Positions 30,789 through 41,441 are shown, counted from the stretch's first letter. The stretch: 64,000 bases of DNA from Thermoanaerobaculia bacterium (GCA_963664405.1 OY761158.1:3136001-3200000), one strand, 5' to 3'. The notes: a model not told the origin generated them from the letters alone. Program-made: numbers and translations.

Positions 30789-33700
30789 ATGCAGACTCTG
30801 ACAGCGATCGAGAGCAGACTGCGGGCGTGCGAGCCCTACCGCCGTCTGGTCGCTGGTGAGGCTGAGCTGACCGGCCTTCCGACAGCGGCTGCCGCGTGGG
30901 TCATGGAAACGGCCGCTCGGGATCTCGATCGCCCTCAGGTGGTGGTCGTGCCCAGGGAGGCGGAGGCAAAGGAGTGGGTCGCGGCGGCGGAGAGCTTGGG
31001 GGCCAATGGGTCGGTCGTCTGGTTCCCGGCCCCTTCCTTGACTCCCTATCAAGAAGTCGAGGCGCCGCTGTCGGTGCGGGCGCAAGAAGTGGCTGCGTTG
31101 GACCGGATCTTATGCGGCGATCGGCCGACAGTAGTCTGCACGCCGCGAGCGTTGTTCAGGCGGCTGCCGCCCGCTCAGGCATTTCGAGAGGCGGTCCTGG
31201 TGGTTGCCCGCGAAGACGAGCATCCGGTGGAGAGCCTGGTCGACCATCTGGTGCGCTACGGGTACCACCGCACCGATCTGGTCACCGAGGTTGGAGAGTT
31301 CGCCGTTCGTGGAGGCGTTTTCGATCTCTTTCCGCCGGGCCGTGAAGAACCGGTTCGTCTCGACCTCTTTGGCGACACGATCGATTCCATTCGCCTCTTC
31401 GATCCGCGGTCTCAGCGCAGCAGCGGGCGAGTGGACAGTGTCTCGATCCTTCCACTGGACATCTATCCTCGAGGCCCCGAGGATGCGGCGCGTCTGGGTC
31501 GCGTACTCCGCGAGGCAGGCCTGGGTGGTGGACTCGAAGCGGGTCGGCGCCTGGCAGAGCTCGAGGACGGCAGGCTCTTCCCTGGTTGGGAAAATCTTCT
31601 GCCCATGCTTTGGCCCGACGCAGTCTCGCTGTGCGATTGCGTCGACAACCCTCTGCTCGTCGCGGTGGATCCGGAGACCTTGGGGAGAGAGGTGGAGCAC
31701 TACGCGGAGTTGTTGTCGAGTCAATACCTCTTGCGCGGAGATGAAGGCGCGCTGGCCGCGGCGCCTGAAGAGCTTGGTTTCGATGCCCCCGATGTTCTGC
31801 GCCGGCTGGCTGCCGCCGACATCGTTATCGAGTCTTTCCCGGAGCGCCCCGGAGAGGTAGCAGACTTCGGCGGCAGCGCCACCGATCGTTTCCATCAGCA
31901 ACTCCCCAGGTTCCCGCGAGAGGTCGAGACGGCCAAGGCGCGAGGTGAAACTTTGGTATTGGTGGCGCCTGAGGAGAACCATGAGCGCGTCCGCGAAGCA
32001 CTCGAGCCCTATGGGGTCTCCTTCGGCACCGGCGGCGCGGAGCTCGTCGATGGGGAGATCGGGCGGGGTTTTCGTCTCCCACCCGTCAATCTCGTTCTCT
32101 TCTCCGAAGAACAGCTCTTTCCGCGGCGACCCCCGTCGAAGCGGAAAAAGGACCGCCTGGGTCCCTTCTTCTCTGGTCTTCGCGACCTCAAGGTGGGGGA
32201 CTTCGTGGTCCACATCGATCACGGCATCGGTCAACTAGTGGGTCTGCGCTCGCTTGCCGGGCTCGCGCCCGAGGCCGAGGAGCTGGCGAGGGTGGAGGAG
32301 GGCACCGGTGCGATCGCCGGACGCCTCGAGGCTACGCCCGGTGAGGTCGAAGTGATGGAGATCGCTTATTCCGAAGGCCGGGCTCTCCTGCTACCGCTGA
32401 ACCGCCTGGAGGAGATCCAGAAGTACAGCGGCATGGAGGGTGTGGACCCACGGCTCGATCGCCTCGGCGGCTCGAGCTGGCAGCGGACCAAGAGCCGCGT
32501 GCGCAAGAGCGTCAGAGACATGGCGCGAGAGCTGTTGAAGCTCTACGCCCAGCGCGAGCTCGCCAAGGCTCCGGCAATGTTTGATGACAGCGACATGCAG
32601 GCGCTCTTCGAAGGCTCCTTCGAGTTCGAGGAGACCGAGGACCAGTTGAGTGCCACAGCGGCGATCAAGCAGGATCTGGAGAGTCAGCGACCGATGGATC
32701 GATTGCTCTGCGGCGACGTGGGCTTCGGCAAAACCGAGGTGGCGACCAGAGCAGCCTTCAAGGTCGTGGACTCGGGCTTTCAGGTCGCGCTACTGGCGCC
32801 GACGACGATCCTTGCCGACCAGCACTTCGAGACGCTGAAGCGGCGGTTCAAGGACTTTCCTGTGACGGTCGAGATGGTCTCTCGCTTCCGCACCGCAAAA
32901 GAGGTGCGGCGAATCTCTGAGGACGTGGCTGAGCAACGAGTCGACATTCTCGTCGGCACTCATCGGCTGCTCTCGAAAGACGTGCAGTTCAAGAAACTGG
33001 GTCTGGTCATCATCGATGAAGAGCAGCGCTTCGGTGTTGCTCAGAAAGAGCGACTCAAGCAGCTGCGCCAGAACGTACACGTGTTGGCAATGTCGGCGAC
33101 TCCGGTGCCTCGAACCCTGCAGCTCTCGATTGCCGGGGTTCGCGACCTTTCGCTGATCGAGACTCCGCCCAAGGACCGGATGGCAGTCGAGACTCAGATC
33201 ATGCCCTACTCGAAGGAGCTGGTGCGGGAAGCCATTGAGTTCGAGCTGGAGCGGGGCGGGCAGGTCTATTACGTCTACAACCAGGTCGCCACGATCGAGC
33301 GCATGACATCGACTCTTCGAGAGTTGATACCCGGGCTTCGCGTCACGATCGGCCACGGTCAGATGGACGTAAAAGAGCTCGCCCGGCGCATGCACGCCTT
33401 CACCAATCACGAGTACGACGTTTTGGTGGCCTCGACCATCATCGAGAACGGTATCGACATCCCCAACGTCAACACCATGCTGGTGCACCGGGCCGAAAAA
33501 TTCGGCCTCGCCCAGCTCTACCAGCTGCGCGGTCGGGTCGGGCGTAGCCACCAGCTCGCCTACTGCTACCTGCTGGTGCCGAGCGATCGCGTGCTGTCGA
33601 TGGACGCCCAGAAACGCCTGTCGGCGATCCGAGAGTTCTCCGAGCTCGGCGCCGGATTTCGCGTCGCGGCGCGGGATCTCGAGATTCGCGGCGCCGGCAA

Positions 33701-34259
33701 CTTGTTGGGGGCCGAGCAAAGTGGCCACATCGCGGACGTGGGGATCGAGACCTATCTTCGTTTGCTCGAAGAGACCATCCGTGAGCTCAAAGGCGAGGCG
33801 GCTGAGGAGGCGCCGTCGGTGACGATCGACCTTCCTCTGGACACCAGTATCCCCGAGCACTATGTGCAGGACACGAATCTGCGAATGGGTATCTACCGGC
33901 GCCTCGGCTCAGGAAGCGAGTCCGGCGCCGCGATCCTCGACGAGCTCAGCGATCGTTTTGGCCCGCCGCCTTCGAGCGTAAAGACGCTGGCGGCGCTCGC
34001 GGACCTCAAGCGTCTGGCTGAGGAGCTGCGAGTGCAGTCGATCTCCGCCAAGCGGAAGGAGCTGGTCATTCGTCTACGCCGTGATGCCCGCGTCGACGTC
34101 GACGAGCTCTTCCGTTTCGTGGCGAACAATCCGCAGTCGAGCTTTAGTCCCGATGGCGTCTGGAAGCTGCGAGCGGAGGATCGTGGGCAGTGGCTGCGGA
34201 TTGCCCAAGAAGCTCTGCGCTCGGTCGCGCCGCAGCTCGAGGCGGCAAGTGAAGAGTAG
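30789..34259 (+). CDS. mfd: Transcription-repair coupling factor
   Basis: GD.VVH..HGIG, CGDVGFGKTE, DEEQRFG, SATPVPR and QLRGRVGR motifs. Confidence 0.97.
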   Translation: MQTLTAIESRLRACEPYRRLVAGEAELTGLPTAAAAWVMETAARDLDRPQVVVVPREAEAKEWVAAAESLGANGSVVWFPAPSLTPYQEVEAPLSVRAQEVAALDRILCGDRPTVVCTPRALFRRLPPAQAFREAVLVVAREDEHPVESLVDHLVRYGYHRTDLVTEVGEFAVRGGVFDLFPPGREEPVRLDLFGDTIDSIRLFDPRSQRSSGRVDSVSILPLDIYPRGPEDAARLGRVLREAGLGGGLEAGRRLAELEDGRLFPGWENLLPMLWPDAVSLCDCVDNPLLVAVDPETLGREVEHYAELLSSQYLLRGDEGALAAAPEELGFDAPDVLRRLAAADIVIESFPERPGEVADFGGSATDRFHQQLPRFPREVETAKARGETLVLVAPEENHERVREALEPYGVSFGTGGAELVDGEIGRGFRLPPVNLVLFSEEQLFPRRPPSKRKKDRLGPFFSGLRDLKVGDFVVHIDHGIGQLVGLRSLAGLAPEAEELARVEEGTGAIAGRLEATPGEVEVMEIAYSEGRALLLPLNRLEEIQKYSGMEGVDPRLDRLGGSSWQRTKSRVRKSVRDMARELLKLYAQRELAKAPAMFDDSDMQALFEGSFEFEETEDQLSATAAIKQDLESQRPMDRLLCGDVGFGKTEVATRAAFKVVDSGFQVALLAPTTILADQHFETLKRRFKDFPVTVEMVSRFRTAKEVRRISEDVAEQRVDILVGTHRLLSKDVQFKKLGLVIIDEEQRFGVAQKERLKQLRQNVHVLAMSATPVPRTLQLSIAGVRDLSLIETPPKDRMAVETQIMPYSKELVREAIEFELERGGQVYYVYNQVATIERMTSTLRELIPGLRVTIGHGQMDVKELARRMHAFTNHEYDVLVASTIIENGIDIPNVNTMLVHRAEKFGLAQLYQLRGRVGRSHQLAYCYLLVPSDRVLSMDAQKRLSAIREFSELGAGFRVAARDLEIRGAGNLLGAEQSGHIADVGIETYLRLLEETIRELKGEAAEEAPSVTIDLPLDTSIPEHYVQDTNLRMGIYRRLGSGSESGAAILDELSDRFGPPPSSVKTLAALADLKRLAEELRVQSISAKRKELVIRLRRDARVDVDELFRFVANNPQSSFSPDGVWKLRAEDRGQWLRIAQEALRSVAPQLEAASEE

Positions 34260-35088
34260 TTGCTGCCGAGCCCTAGAGTGCGGGCTCGTCGCTGTGTTCT
34301 GTGCTTTCTTGGGCGGTTGCTTCGGCGCCTGGGAGAGTGCCGATGTGGTCGCGAGGGTGGGTGAGGATGCGGTGGAGTTTGCCGATTTCGCGGCCTTCAC
34401 GTTGGCCGGTGCTGGGGAATCCTGGGAGGTTCTCGAAGAAGAGGTTCTGGTGCGCCTCTTTCGTCAGTTTCTCGACGAACTCCTGTTCCTTCGTTTGGCG
34501 CGGGACCGGGGGCTCGTGGGGCGTACCGCGACGCGGCAGGATGCGCTTTTGGCTCTGCATTCGCAGATCGATGTCGATGGCGTTGGCGATGCGGAGGTCC
34601 GGGAGTTCCTGCGCACCCATCCCGCCGAGCTGCTGCGGCCAGAGCGTCTCGTTCTGGGGCAGTTACTGGTGCAGCAGAGGGCCGTTGCAGAGGACATCCT
34701 CGAACGCCTTCGCAGCGGTGAGGACTTCGCCGAGCTGGGCGCGCGCCTTGCCGACAGCTCTGATGTGGTGTTCGGTGGTTACACAAAGGATGTCTCGCCG
34801 CAGGATCTCGTGCCTCCCTTCCGCGATGTGCTTTTCTCTCTCAGCGCCGGCGAGGTGAGTGGCATTGTCGAGGCTGAGTACGGGTTTCACATCTTTCATG
34901 TGAGAGAACGCCGTCCCGAAGCGCCGCTGAGCTGGGAGGAGGCCGTCCCCCTTGTTTCTGAGCGATTACAGCGTGAGCTTGCGGACCGCGCCCTTGACGA
35001 TATGCTTCAGGAGGCCAGGAGCCTCTACGCGGTGGAAGTGCTGGCCGGAAATTTGCCCTTTCTCTGGGATGTTGAAGAAGACTCATGA
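34249..35088 (+). CDS. Parvulin-type peptidyl-prolyl isomerase lipoprotein
   Basis: GEDFAELG, GEVSGIVE..YGFHIF motifs; lipobox LGGC; GTG 34249 overlaps the end of mfd. Confidence 0.75.
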   Translation: MKSSCCRALECGLVAVFCAFLGGCFGAWESADVVARVGEDAVEFADFAAFTLAGAGESWEVLEEEVLVRLFRQFLDELLFLRLARDRGLVGRTATRQDALLALHSQIDVDGVGDAEVREFLRTHPAELLRPERLVLGQLLVQQRAVAEDILERLRSGEDFAELGARLADSSDVVFGGYTKDVSPQDLVPPFRDVLFSLSAGEVSGIVEAEYGFHIFHVRERRPEAPLSWEEAVPLVSERLQRELADRALDDMLQEARSLYAVEVLAGNLPFLWDVEEDS

Positions 35089-36125
35089 AACGACTCGCTA
35101 GCTTTCTGATCGCTCTCGTGCTCACGACACCCTCCTTCGCGGAGGTGGCGAACAAGGTCATCGTGCGGGTCAACGATCGCATCGCTACCCTCTACGACTT
35201 CGAGGAGCGGTACCAGGTAGAGCTGCGGCGCCTCGAGGAGCAGCCTGAGGATGAGGTCGAGGGTCGCCAAGCCGCCGAGGAAACGGCGCGAAACGTGATG
35301 CGGACGCTCTTTGAAGAGTTGCTCATTCTGTCGCGAGCGGACCAGCTGGGGATCTTCATCACCGAGGGTGAGGTCGAAGAGCAGGTCCAAAGAATGCGAG
35401 AGCAAAACGGATTAGAGAGTGACGAGGACTTTGCCGCAGCTCTCGCGCAGGCGGGGATGAGTCGGGAGCAGATCAATAAGCAGTTCGAACAGAACATCAC
35501 CTCGCAGCGAGTGATGGGTCGCGAAGTGTATTCCCAGATAGAGGTCAAGGAAGAGGATCTCCGCCGTTACTACCGGGACCACATCGATGATTTTCGTACT
35601 CCCGAGCAAGTCTCCGTGCGCGAGATCGTGGTTCTGGATGACGGAAGCGCGAGCACTCAGGCTGAGGCCCTGGCAGCGCAGATCGTGGGCGATTTGCACT
35701 CAGGGAAGACGCTGGAAGAAGTGGCTGCGGCGGGTGAGGATGGTCAGCTGAGCGGCGTTATCGACCTCGGCTGGGTAGGTCGTGGCGATCTCGATGGCAC
35801 TCTAGAGACCGCCCTTTGGTCCTTGGAAAGCGGTGAGTACAGCGAGCCTACGAGGGCGCGGGGCGGCGTCCACATCGCTCTGGTCGCAGAACGAAAAGAG
35901 TCGGTGATCAAGCCCTTCAAAGAAGTGGAGGAGGTCATCGAGCGGCAGCAGCAAGGGGCGAGAAACGCTGAGAAGATCAAGGAGTATCTAGTCGAGCTCG
36001 AAGAGAAGTCCTATCTCTTTCTCGATCCGCCGCCAGAAGCCGCCGGCTTCCGCACCTCTTCCGGAGAAACACCCCTCAACGTCGATTTCGCCATCCTCGA
36101 CCCCGCCGCGGCCGAGGATCCGTAG
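35085..36125 (+). CDS. SurA-like chaperone/PPIase
   Basis: Signal peptide, SurA N-terminal domain (IVRVND.I.T) and rotamase domain (DLGW...L..GEYSEP). Confidence 0.85.
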   Translation: MKRLASFLIALVLTTPSFAEVANKVIVRVNDRIATLYDFEERYQVELRRLEEQPEDEVEGRQAAEETARNVMRTLFEELLILSRADQLGIFITEGEVEEQVQRMREQNGLESDEDFAAALAQAGMSREQINKQFEQNITSQRVMGREVYSQIEVKEEDLRRYYRDHIDDFRTPEQVSVREIVVLDDGSASTQAEALAAQIVGDLHSGKTLEEVAAAGEDGQLSGVIDLGWVGRGDLDGTLETALWSLESGEYSEPTRARGGVHIALVAERKESVIKPFKEVEEVIERQQQGARNAEKIKEYLVELEEKSYLFLDPPPEAAGFRTSSGETPLNVDFAILDPAAAEDP

Positions 36126-36350
36126 CCGACGGCCGCCTAGGGCGGGCGACAAGGCTGACCTGGCCGGCAGCCTTCGGGTCGCTGCCGAAGCCCCTGGTTC
36201 GTGGAGCTCGGCGTATTCGCGGCCGCGTTCCTAGCGTGCTGGCCACAGCTGGCCTGTCAAGGGCTGCTGCCGTCGCCTTCGCCTTCGCCGTCCGTTGGCG
36301 CTCGAGATCGGGGTGAGGAATCCCTAGAGGGACTCTTCGCGGGAGTTTTT

Positions 36351-36410
36351 GTGTATGTGGGTGGATAAATATGGACAATAATGGACAAAAATGGAGCCAG
36401 ATGCTAAGTT
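36351..36410 (+). promoter_or_regulatory. dcw promoter with putative MraZ-binding repeats
   Basis: GTGTA/GTGGA/ATGGA/ATGGA/ATGGA at exact 10-nt period (36351-36395), then an extended -10-like TGCTAAGTT. Confidence 0.7.
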
Positions 36411-36439
36411 TCGACGCTAAGCCCTTGCCTTGTTAGGGG

Positions 36440-36922
36440 TTGGATATCTCGAGGAGACCCGTTTTGGGAGATTTCCGCGGCAGCGCGCCGGCCAAAATTG
36501 ATGACAGAGGACGGCTGAAGGTGCCCACCGACTTTCGGCGGAGCCTCGAGGAGAGTTATGGCCTGGACGTCTTCGTTACGTCCGTTCGGGGGGACTGTGC
36601 GCATCTCTATCCACTCGCAGTATGGCACGAAGTGGAGCAGATGCTGTCGGAGCTGCCGCGTACCTCGAGTGCGAAAAGGCGTTTTCTCGAGCGAGTTAGC
36701 TACTTCGGGCAAGAGGGCAAGCTCGACGCTCAGGGCAGGATCGTCATCCCGCAGATTCTGCGCGAGAGCGCTGAGATGGTCGGAGAGGTCGTCGTCTTGG
36801 GGCATCAAGACCATTTCCAGATCTGGAATCGCGGTTTGATCAAGAAGCGGCTGGTCGACGAACCCTTTACAGACAGCGATCTCGACTCTTTGAGCGGGAT
36901 AAGGGGTCTGGATTCGCCATGA
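36440..36922 (+). CDS. mraZ: Transcriptional regulator MraZ
   Basis: Two D..GR motifs (IDDRGRLKVP, LDAQGRIVIP); first gene of the dcw cluster. Confidence 0.92.
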   Translation: MDISRRPVLGDFRGSAPAKIDDRGRLKVPTDFRRSLEESYGLDVFVTSVRGDCAHLYPLAVWHEVEQMLSELPRTSSAKRRFLERVSYFGQEGKLDAQGRIVIPQILRESAEMVGEVVVLGHQDHFQIWNRGLIKKRLVDEPFTDSDLDSLSGIRGLDSP

Positions 36923-37879
36923 CCGACGAAGGGGGGATCGATTCGATTTGAGCACAAGCCGGTGCTATTGGACACAGCGACGGCCCTGCTCGACGCAGGC
37001 CGCGGTGGCGTCTTTGTCGACTGCACCCTCGGCCTCGGCGGCCATGCGCTCGAGCTCCTTTCGCGGTTCCCCGATGTCAGCCTCGTCGGTATCGATAGGG
37101 ATGTCGATGCCCTCGAGCTGGCTCGCTCTCGCCTCGCTCCCTTCAGCGATCGAATCGAGATCGTCGAGGGGCGGGCGAGCGAGCTCGACTCACTCCTCGA
37201 TTCGGCAGGTGTCGGCGCCGTCGCCGGGATCTTCGCCGATCTGGGCGTGTCATCGATGCAGATCGATCAGGACTCGAGGGGTTTCAGCCTACGGCGTGAT
37301 GGACCCCTCGACATGCGTATGGGCCGCGGTGACCTGACAGCGGAAGAGATCGTAAATACCTATCCGGAGGTGGATTTGGCAAGGATCATCAAAGACTACG
37401 GCGAGGAGAAGGCAGCTTCGAGGATCGCTCGTGAGCTGATCCGGGTGCGTTCGCAGGCGGCGATTTCGACCACTTTCCAGCTACGAGACGTGGTTCACCG
37501 TGCCAAACGGGGAGGCGTTCGGGATCGCGGCCGGAAGCGCTCGCGCCTCGATCCCGCAACCCTTGTGTTTCAGGCCCTACGCATCGAAGTCAACGCCGAG
37601 CTCGCCGAGCTCGAAGCGCTACTGAAACAGAGTTTGCGGCGGCTTCAAAGTAGCGGAAGGCTGGTCGTGATTTCGTATCACAGTCTCGAGGATCGGCTGG
37701 TCAAGAACATCCTGCGGGATGCCGAACGCGGGGACGTGGACTTGGTCACAGGCCGATCGCGCTCGGAGACACAGATCCTCGAGGTGCTTACCCGAAGACC
37801 GCTGCGGCCCGGAGCCGAAGAGGTTTCCGAGAATCCCCGCGCACGCTCTGCGCGCTTGCGCGCAGCGCGGAGACTCTGA
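36919..37879 (+). CDS. rsmH: 16S rRNA m4C1402 methyltransferase (apparent frameshift in a 5' G6 run; main frame from GTG 36962)
   Basis: HKPVLL, DCTLGLGGH, DLGVSS.Q, FQALRIEVN, SYHSLEDR and NPRARSARLR motifs. Confidence 0.93.
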
Positions 37880-37881
37880 CC

Positions 37882-38223
37882 TTGCATAGCCCCTATCTCC
37901 GCCGCCGCCCGGTCGAGAACCTGGTGCTGGTGCGTGAACGGGACCGGCGCCGCGCGCGCGAGCTTGCTCGTCTCCTCTTCGGCCTCCTGCCGCTCGCGGC
38001 TGCTCTTCTCAGCTACACCTGGGTGCACACCGAGATCCTTCAGGCTGGTTACTCGGTTCGCTCTCTCGAAGATCGGCTCGAGGTCCTCGATCGCAGCGAG
38101 CGCCGGCTGCGCCTAGAGATAGCTTTTCTCTCCAGCCCGCAGAGAGTGGAGGCCGCGGCGGCGAGCGATCTGGGCATGGTATTCCCGACTCTGGAACAAA
38201 TGGTCTTCGTGGATCAGCGGTGA
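37882..38223 (+). CDS. ftsL: Cell division protein FtsL
   Basis: TM helix plus leucine zipper; lies between rsmH and ftsI. Confidence 0.85.
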   Translation: MHSPYLRRRPVENLVLVRERDRRRARELARLLFGLLPLAAALLSYTWVHTEILQAGYSVRSLEDRLEVLDRSERRLRLEIAFLSSPQRVEAAAASDLGMVFPTLEQMVFVDQR

Positions 38224-39947
38224 AGCGGCGACTCGTCTTCTTCGTGGTTCTGGTGCTGCTGTGGTCGGGTGCGCTGGGCGCCCGCCTTTACGAACTCCAG
38301 GTCAAGCGCCACCAGGAGTTTGCCGAGAGGGCGATGGGGCAGCAGCAGCGAGTGGTCGAGCTCTCTGCCCCCCGTGGAACCATCTACGACGCTCGCGGTC
38401 GTGAGCTCGCTGTTTCGGTCGAAGTGGAGTCCGTATACGCGGTGCCTCGCGACATTGTCGACCCACAGGCGGTGGCCCGCTCTCTCGCCGACATTCTGCA
38501 ACTACCTCCTGCAGATCTGGCAACTCGACTCGATTCCGATCGCGAGTTCGCTTGGCTGGCACGCAAGGTGGAGCCCGATGTCTCCCGCCGTGTGCGGGAT
38601 CTCGATCTCGATGGGATCTACTTCTTGCACGAGAGCCGTCGCTATTACCCGAAGCGTGAGGTCGCGGCTCAGGTTCTCGGCTACGTAGGCATGGACAACG
38701 AAGGGCTTTCGGGTCTGGAAGTCCGCTACGAGGACGTCTTGCGGGGCGGTTCGGCGACGCGGGTGCTGCTGCGGGACGCGCGCCGAGCCAGCGTCGCAAT
38801 GCCGGAGCATCCATTTGCCGAGGCGGAGCCCGGCCGCGATCTCTACCTGACCCTCGACTCCGCACTTCAATACATCGCGGAGAAAGAGCTGGCTCGAGCC
38901 GTGGAGGAGGCGCAGGCAAAGGCGGGAGTCGTCGTTGTTCTCGACCCCTCCGACTCGGCTGTGTTGGTGATGGCTTCTTATCCTTCCTTCGATCCCAACG
39001 AGTTCTCTCGTTATCCACAGGAGGCTTGGCGCAACAGAGCCGTGATGGATGCCTTCGAGCCGGGCTCGACCTTCAAGATGGTGACCGCGGCGGCTGCCTT
39101 CGACAGTCTCTTGATTACCCCGGATGACGAGTTCTTCTGTGAGAACGGTGGCATCCGACTGGGGCGCACCTACATCCGCGATCACAAGCCTTTCGGACTC
39201 CTCACTTATCGGGAGGTGATCGCCAAGTCTTCGAACGTGGGGGTCATCAAGTCGGCTCTCATTCTCGGTGACGATCGACTCCACTCGGCGATCCGTGCCT
39301 TCGGATTCGGCGAGCGCACAGGTATCGATTTGCCGGGAGAGAGCGGTGGCATCGTGGTCCCGGTCGAAAGTTGGCGCGAGGCATCCAAGGCCTATATCTC
39401 CTTCGGACAGGGGATCTCGGCGACCGCGCTGCAGATGGCCAACGCCTTTGCGACGCTCGCCAACGGCGGAGTTGTCCATCGCCCCTATGTTGGTCGCGCG
39501 ACCGGCCGCGATGGAGAGCTGAGCGAGCTTCCTGTGGTGCGGGCCCTGGGAAGGGCCATCTCGCCGCAGACGGCTGTAACCCTGCGAAGGGTCCTGGAGG
39601 GCGTGGTCAACGACGGCGGTACCGCTCGGCGCGCTCGGATCCCCGGGTATCGAGTGGCCGGTAAGACCGGAACGGCTCAGAAGGTGCTACCCGGAGGAGG
39701 GTACTCACCGACCGGTCGCATCGCGAGCTTCGTCGGCATGGTGCCCGCCCGAGATCCGAAGCTCGTGTGTTTCGTCATGCTCGACGAGCCGCGGGTCTTC
39801 ACCCACGGGGGCGTGGTCGCCGCGCCTGTATTCGCTGCCACGATGAGCCAGGCACTGCTCTATCTCGGAGTGGCCCCGGACTCCGATCTGTGGCCGGTCG
39901 ATCGCACCAAGGACGATGGCCCTCGTCCCCCCCGAGGGGAGACGTAG
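38220..39947 (+). CDS. ftsI: Class B PBP FtsI
   Basis: RGTIYD, EPGSTFK, SSNVG and GKTGTAQK motifs. Confidence 0.93.
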   Translation: MKRRLVFFVVLVLLWSGALGARLYELQVKRHQEFAERAMGQQQRVVELSAPRGTIYDARGRELAVSVEVESVYAVPRDIVDPQAVARSLADILQLPPADLATRLDSDREFAWLARKVEPDVSRRVRDLDLDGIYFLHESRRYYPKREVAAQVLGYVGMDNEGLSGLEVRYEDVLRGGSATRVLLRDARRASVAMPEHPFAEAEPGRDLYLTLDSALQYIAEKELARAVEEAQAKAGVVVVLDPSDSAVLVMASYPSFDPNEFSRYPQEAWRNRAVMDAFEPGSTFKMVTAAAAFDSLLITPDDEFFCENGGIRLGRTYIRDHKPFGLLTYREVIAKSSNVGVIKSALILGDDRLHSAIRAFGFGERTGIDLPGESGGIVVPVESWREASKAYISFGQGISATALQMANAFATLANGGVVHRPYVGRATGRDGELSELPVVRALGRAISPQTAVTLRRVLEGVVNDGGTARRARIPGYRVAGKTGTAQKVLPGGGYSPTGRIASFVGMVPARDPKLVCFVMLDEPRVFTHGGVVAAPVFAATMSQALLYLGVAPDSDLWPVDRTKDDGPRPPRGET

Positions 39948-41441
39948 TTGATCATGGAGGACGACGTGATCTTGCGCGATGTCGTTGCGGATCTGCCGCT
40001 GGTCTGGCAAGCGGCGGCAAAGCGAGGAGCCGAGCTCGAAATCCAAGGTATTTGTCACGACTCTCGCCGGGTCGAGAGCGGAGATCTCTTCGTTACCTGG
40101 AAGGGCGAGAAGTGGGAAGGTGACGCCTTCATCGAGGAAGCCGAGCGTAGGGGTGCGGTAGCCGTGGTCGCCGACTCCTTTTCGGGAGAATCCGAGCTCC
40201 CCTGCCTGTTGGCCGAAGATCCGCGTTCTCTTCTCGGCGCCGTCGCAAGCCGGGTCTACGAACATCCCGATCGTGAGCTCTGCCTGGTAGGCGTTACAGG
40301 GACCAACGGTAAGAGCACGACCGTAGCCCTGGTGGCAGAGATGCTCACCGAGTCCGGGAAGCCGGCAGCCTGCCTTGGCACGCTCGGTTATCGCTTCGGC
40401 TCGCTCGAGCTCGGCGGCGAGCGCACGACTCCCGAGGCCTCCGATCTCTTTCGGATCCTGCGTCGCGTGCGGGATCACGGTGCCGAGGCGGCGGTGATGG
40501 AAGTGTCCTCCCACGCCCTGGTTCAAGGGCGGGTTTCGTGCGCCGGTTTCGACATCGGCGTGTTTCTCAATCTCAGTCGCGATCACCTCGACTTCCATAA
40601 AGATATGGAGCGCTATTACGAGGCCAAGTCACGTCTCTTCGAACTTCTCAATAGCGGAGGCAGGGCCGTTGTCGGAGTCGACGACTCATGGGGAGTCCGC
40701 CTCGCCGAGGCCGTCCCTGGAGCGTTGACCTTCGGTGAGAATGGGGCTGTCCGCTTCGCTTCTCATGATCTGACTCGGAACGGGGTGTCCGGCGTGATCC
40801 AGACCCCGAGAGGCCGTTTTCGTTTCCGCTCCCCGCTCCTCGGCGGCTACAACGCCTCGAACATTCTCGCCGCGGCGGCGGTCGCCGAAGCCCTAGCCCT
40901 ACCTCATCGAAGCGTGGCCAAGGCACTCGAGAGCGTGCGTCCGCTGCCGGGTCGAATGGAGGTCGTCGACGGCGGCCAGCCCTTCGCCGTGATCGTCGAC
41001 TTCGCCCACACCGACGGTGCTCTACGCGCAGCCCTAGGCTCGATGCGCAGCCTGGGCGAGGACCGCCTGGTGGTGGTTTTTGGTTGCGGCGGCGAACGCG
41101 ATCGAGGCAAGCGTGAGCTGATGGGCCACGCCGCCGCGGAGCTGGCGGACTTCGCGATCGCGACCTCGGACAATCCCCGCGGTGAGGAGCCCGAGGCGAT
41201 TCTCGAGGCAGTCGAGAGAGGTATGAGTCAGGTCGCCGATGCGCGATACGAAATAATCCCCGATCGCGCGCGGGCCATCGAGAGAGCGATTGCGATCGCT
41301 CGGCCTGGCTGGAGTGTCCTGATTGCCGGCAAGGGGCACGAGGAGACGCAGATCGTCGGTACTCGACGGATTCCATTTGTTGACCGTGAAGTGGCGATGA
41401 GAGCCCTCGGAGAAGGTTTTGGCTCGGCGTCGATTGAGTGA
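39948..41441 (+). CDS. murE: UDP-MurNAc-tripeptide synthetase (meso-DAP type)
   Basis: GVTGTNGKST, MEVSSH, DHLDFH, DNPR and AGKGHE motifs. Confidence 0.95.
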   Translation: MIMEDDVILRDVVADLPLVWQAAAKRGAELEIQGICHDSRRVESGDLFVTWKGEKWEGDAFIEEAERRGAVAVVADSFSGESELPCLLAEDPRSLLGAVASRVYEHPDRELCLVGVTGTNGKSTTVALVAEMLTESGKPAACLGTLGYRFGSLELGGERTTPEASDLFRILRRVRDHGAEAAVMEVSSHALVQGRVSCAGFDIGVFLNLSRDHLDFHKDMERYYEAKSRLFELLNSGGRAVVGVDDSWGVRLAEAVPGALTFGENGAVRFASHDLTRNGVSGVIQTPRGRFRFRSPLLGGYNASNILAAAAVAEALALPHRSVAKALESVRPLPGRMEVVDGGQPFAVIVDFAHTDGALRAALGSMRSLGEDRLVVVFGCGGERDRGKRELMGHAAAELADFAIATSDNPRGEEPEAILEAVERGMSQVADARYEIIPDRARAIERAIAIARPGWSVLIAGKGHEETQIVGTRRIPFVDREVAMRALGEGFGSASIE

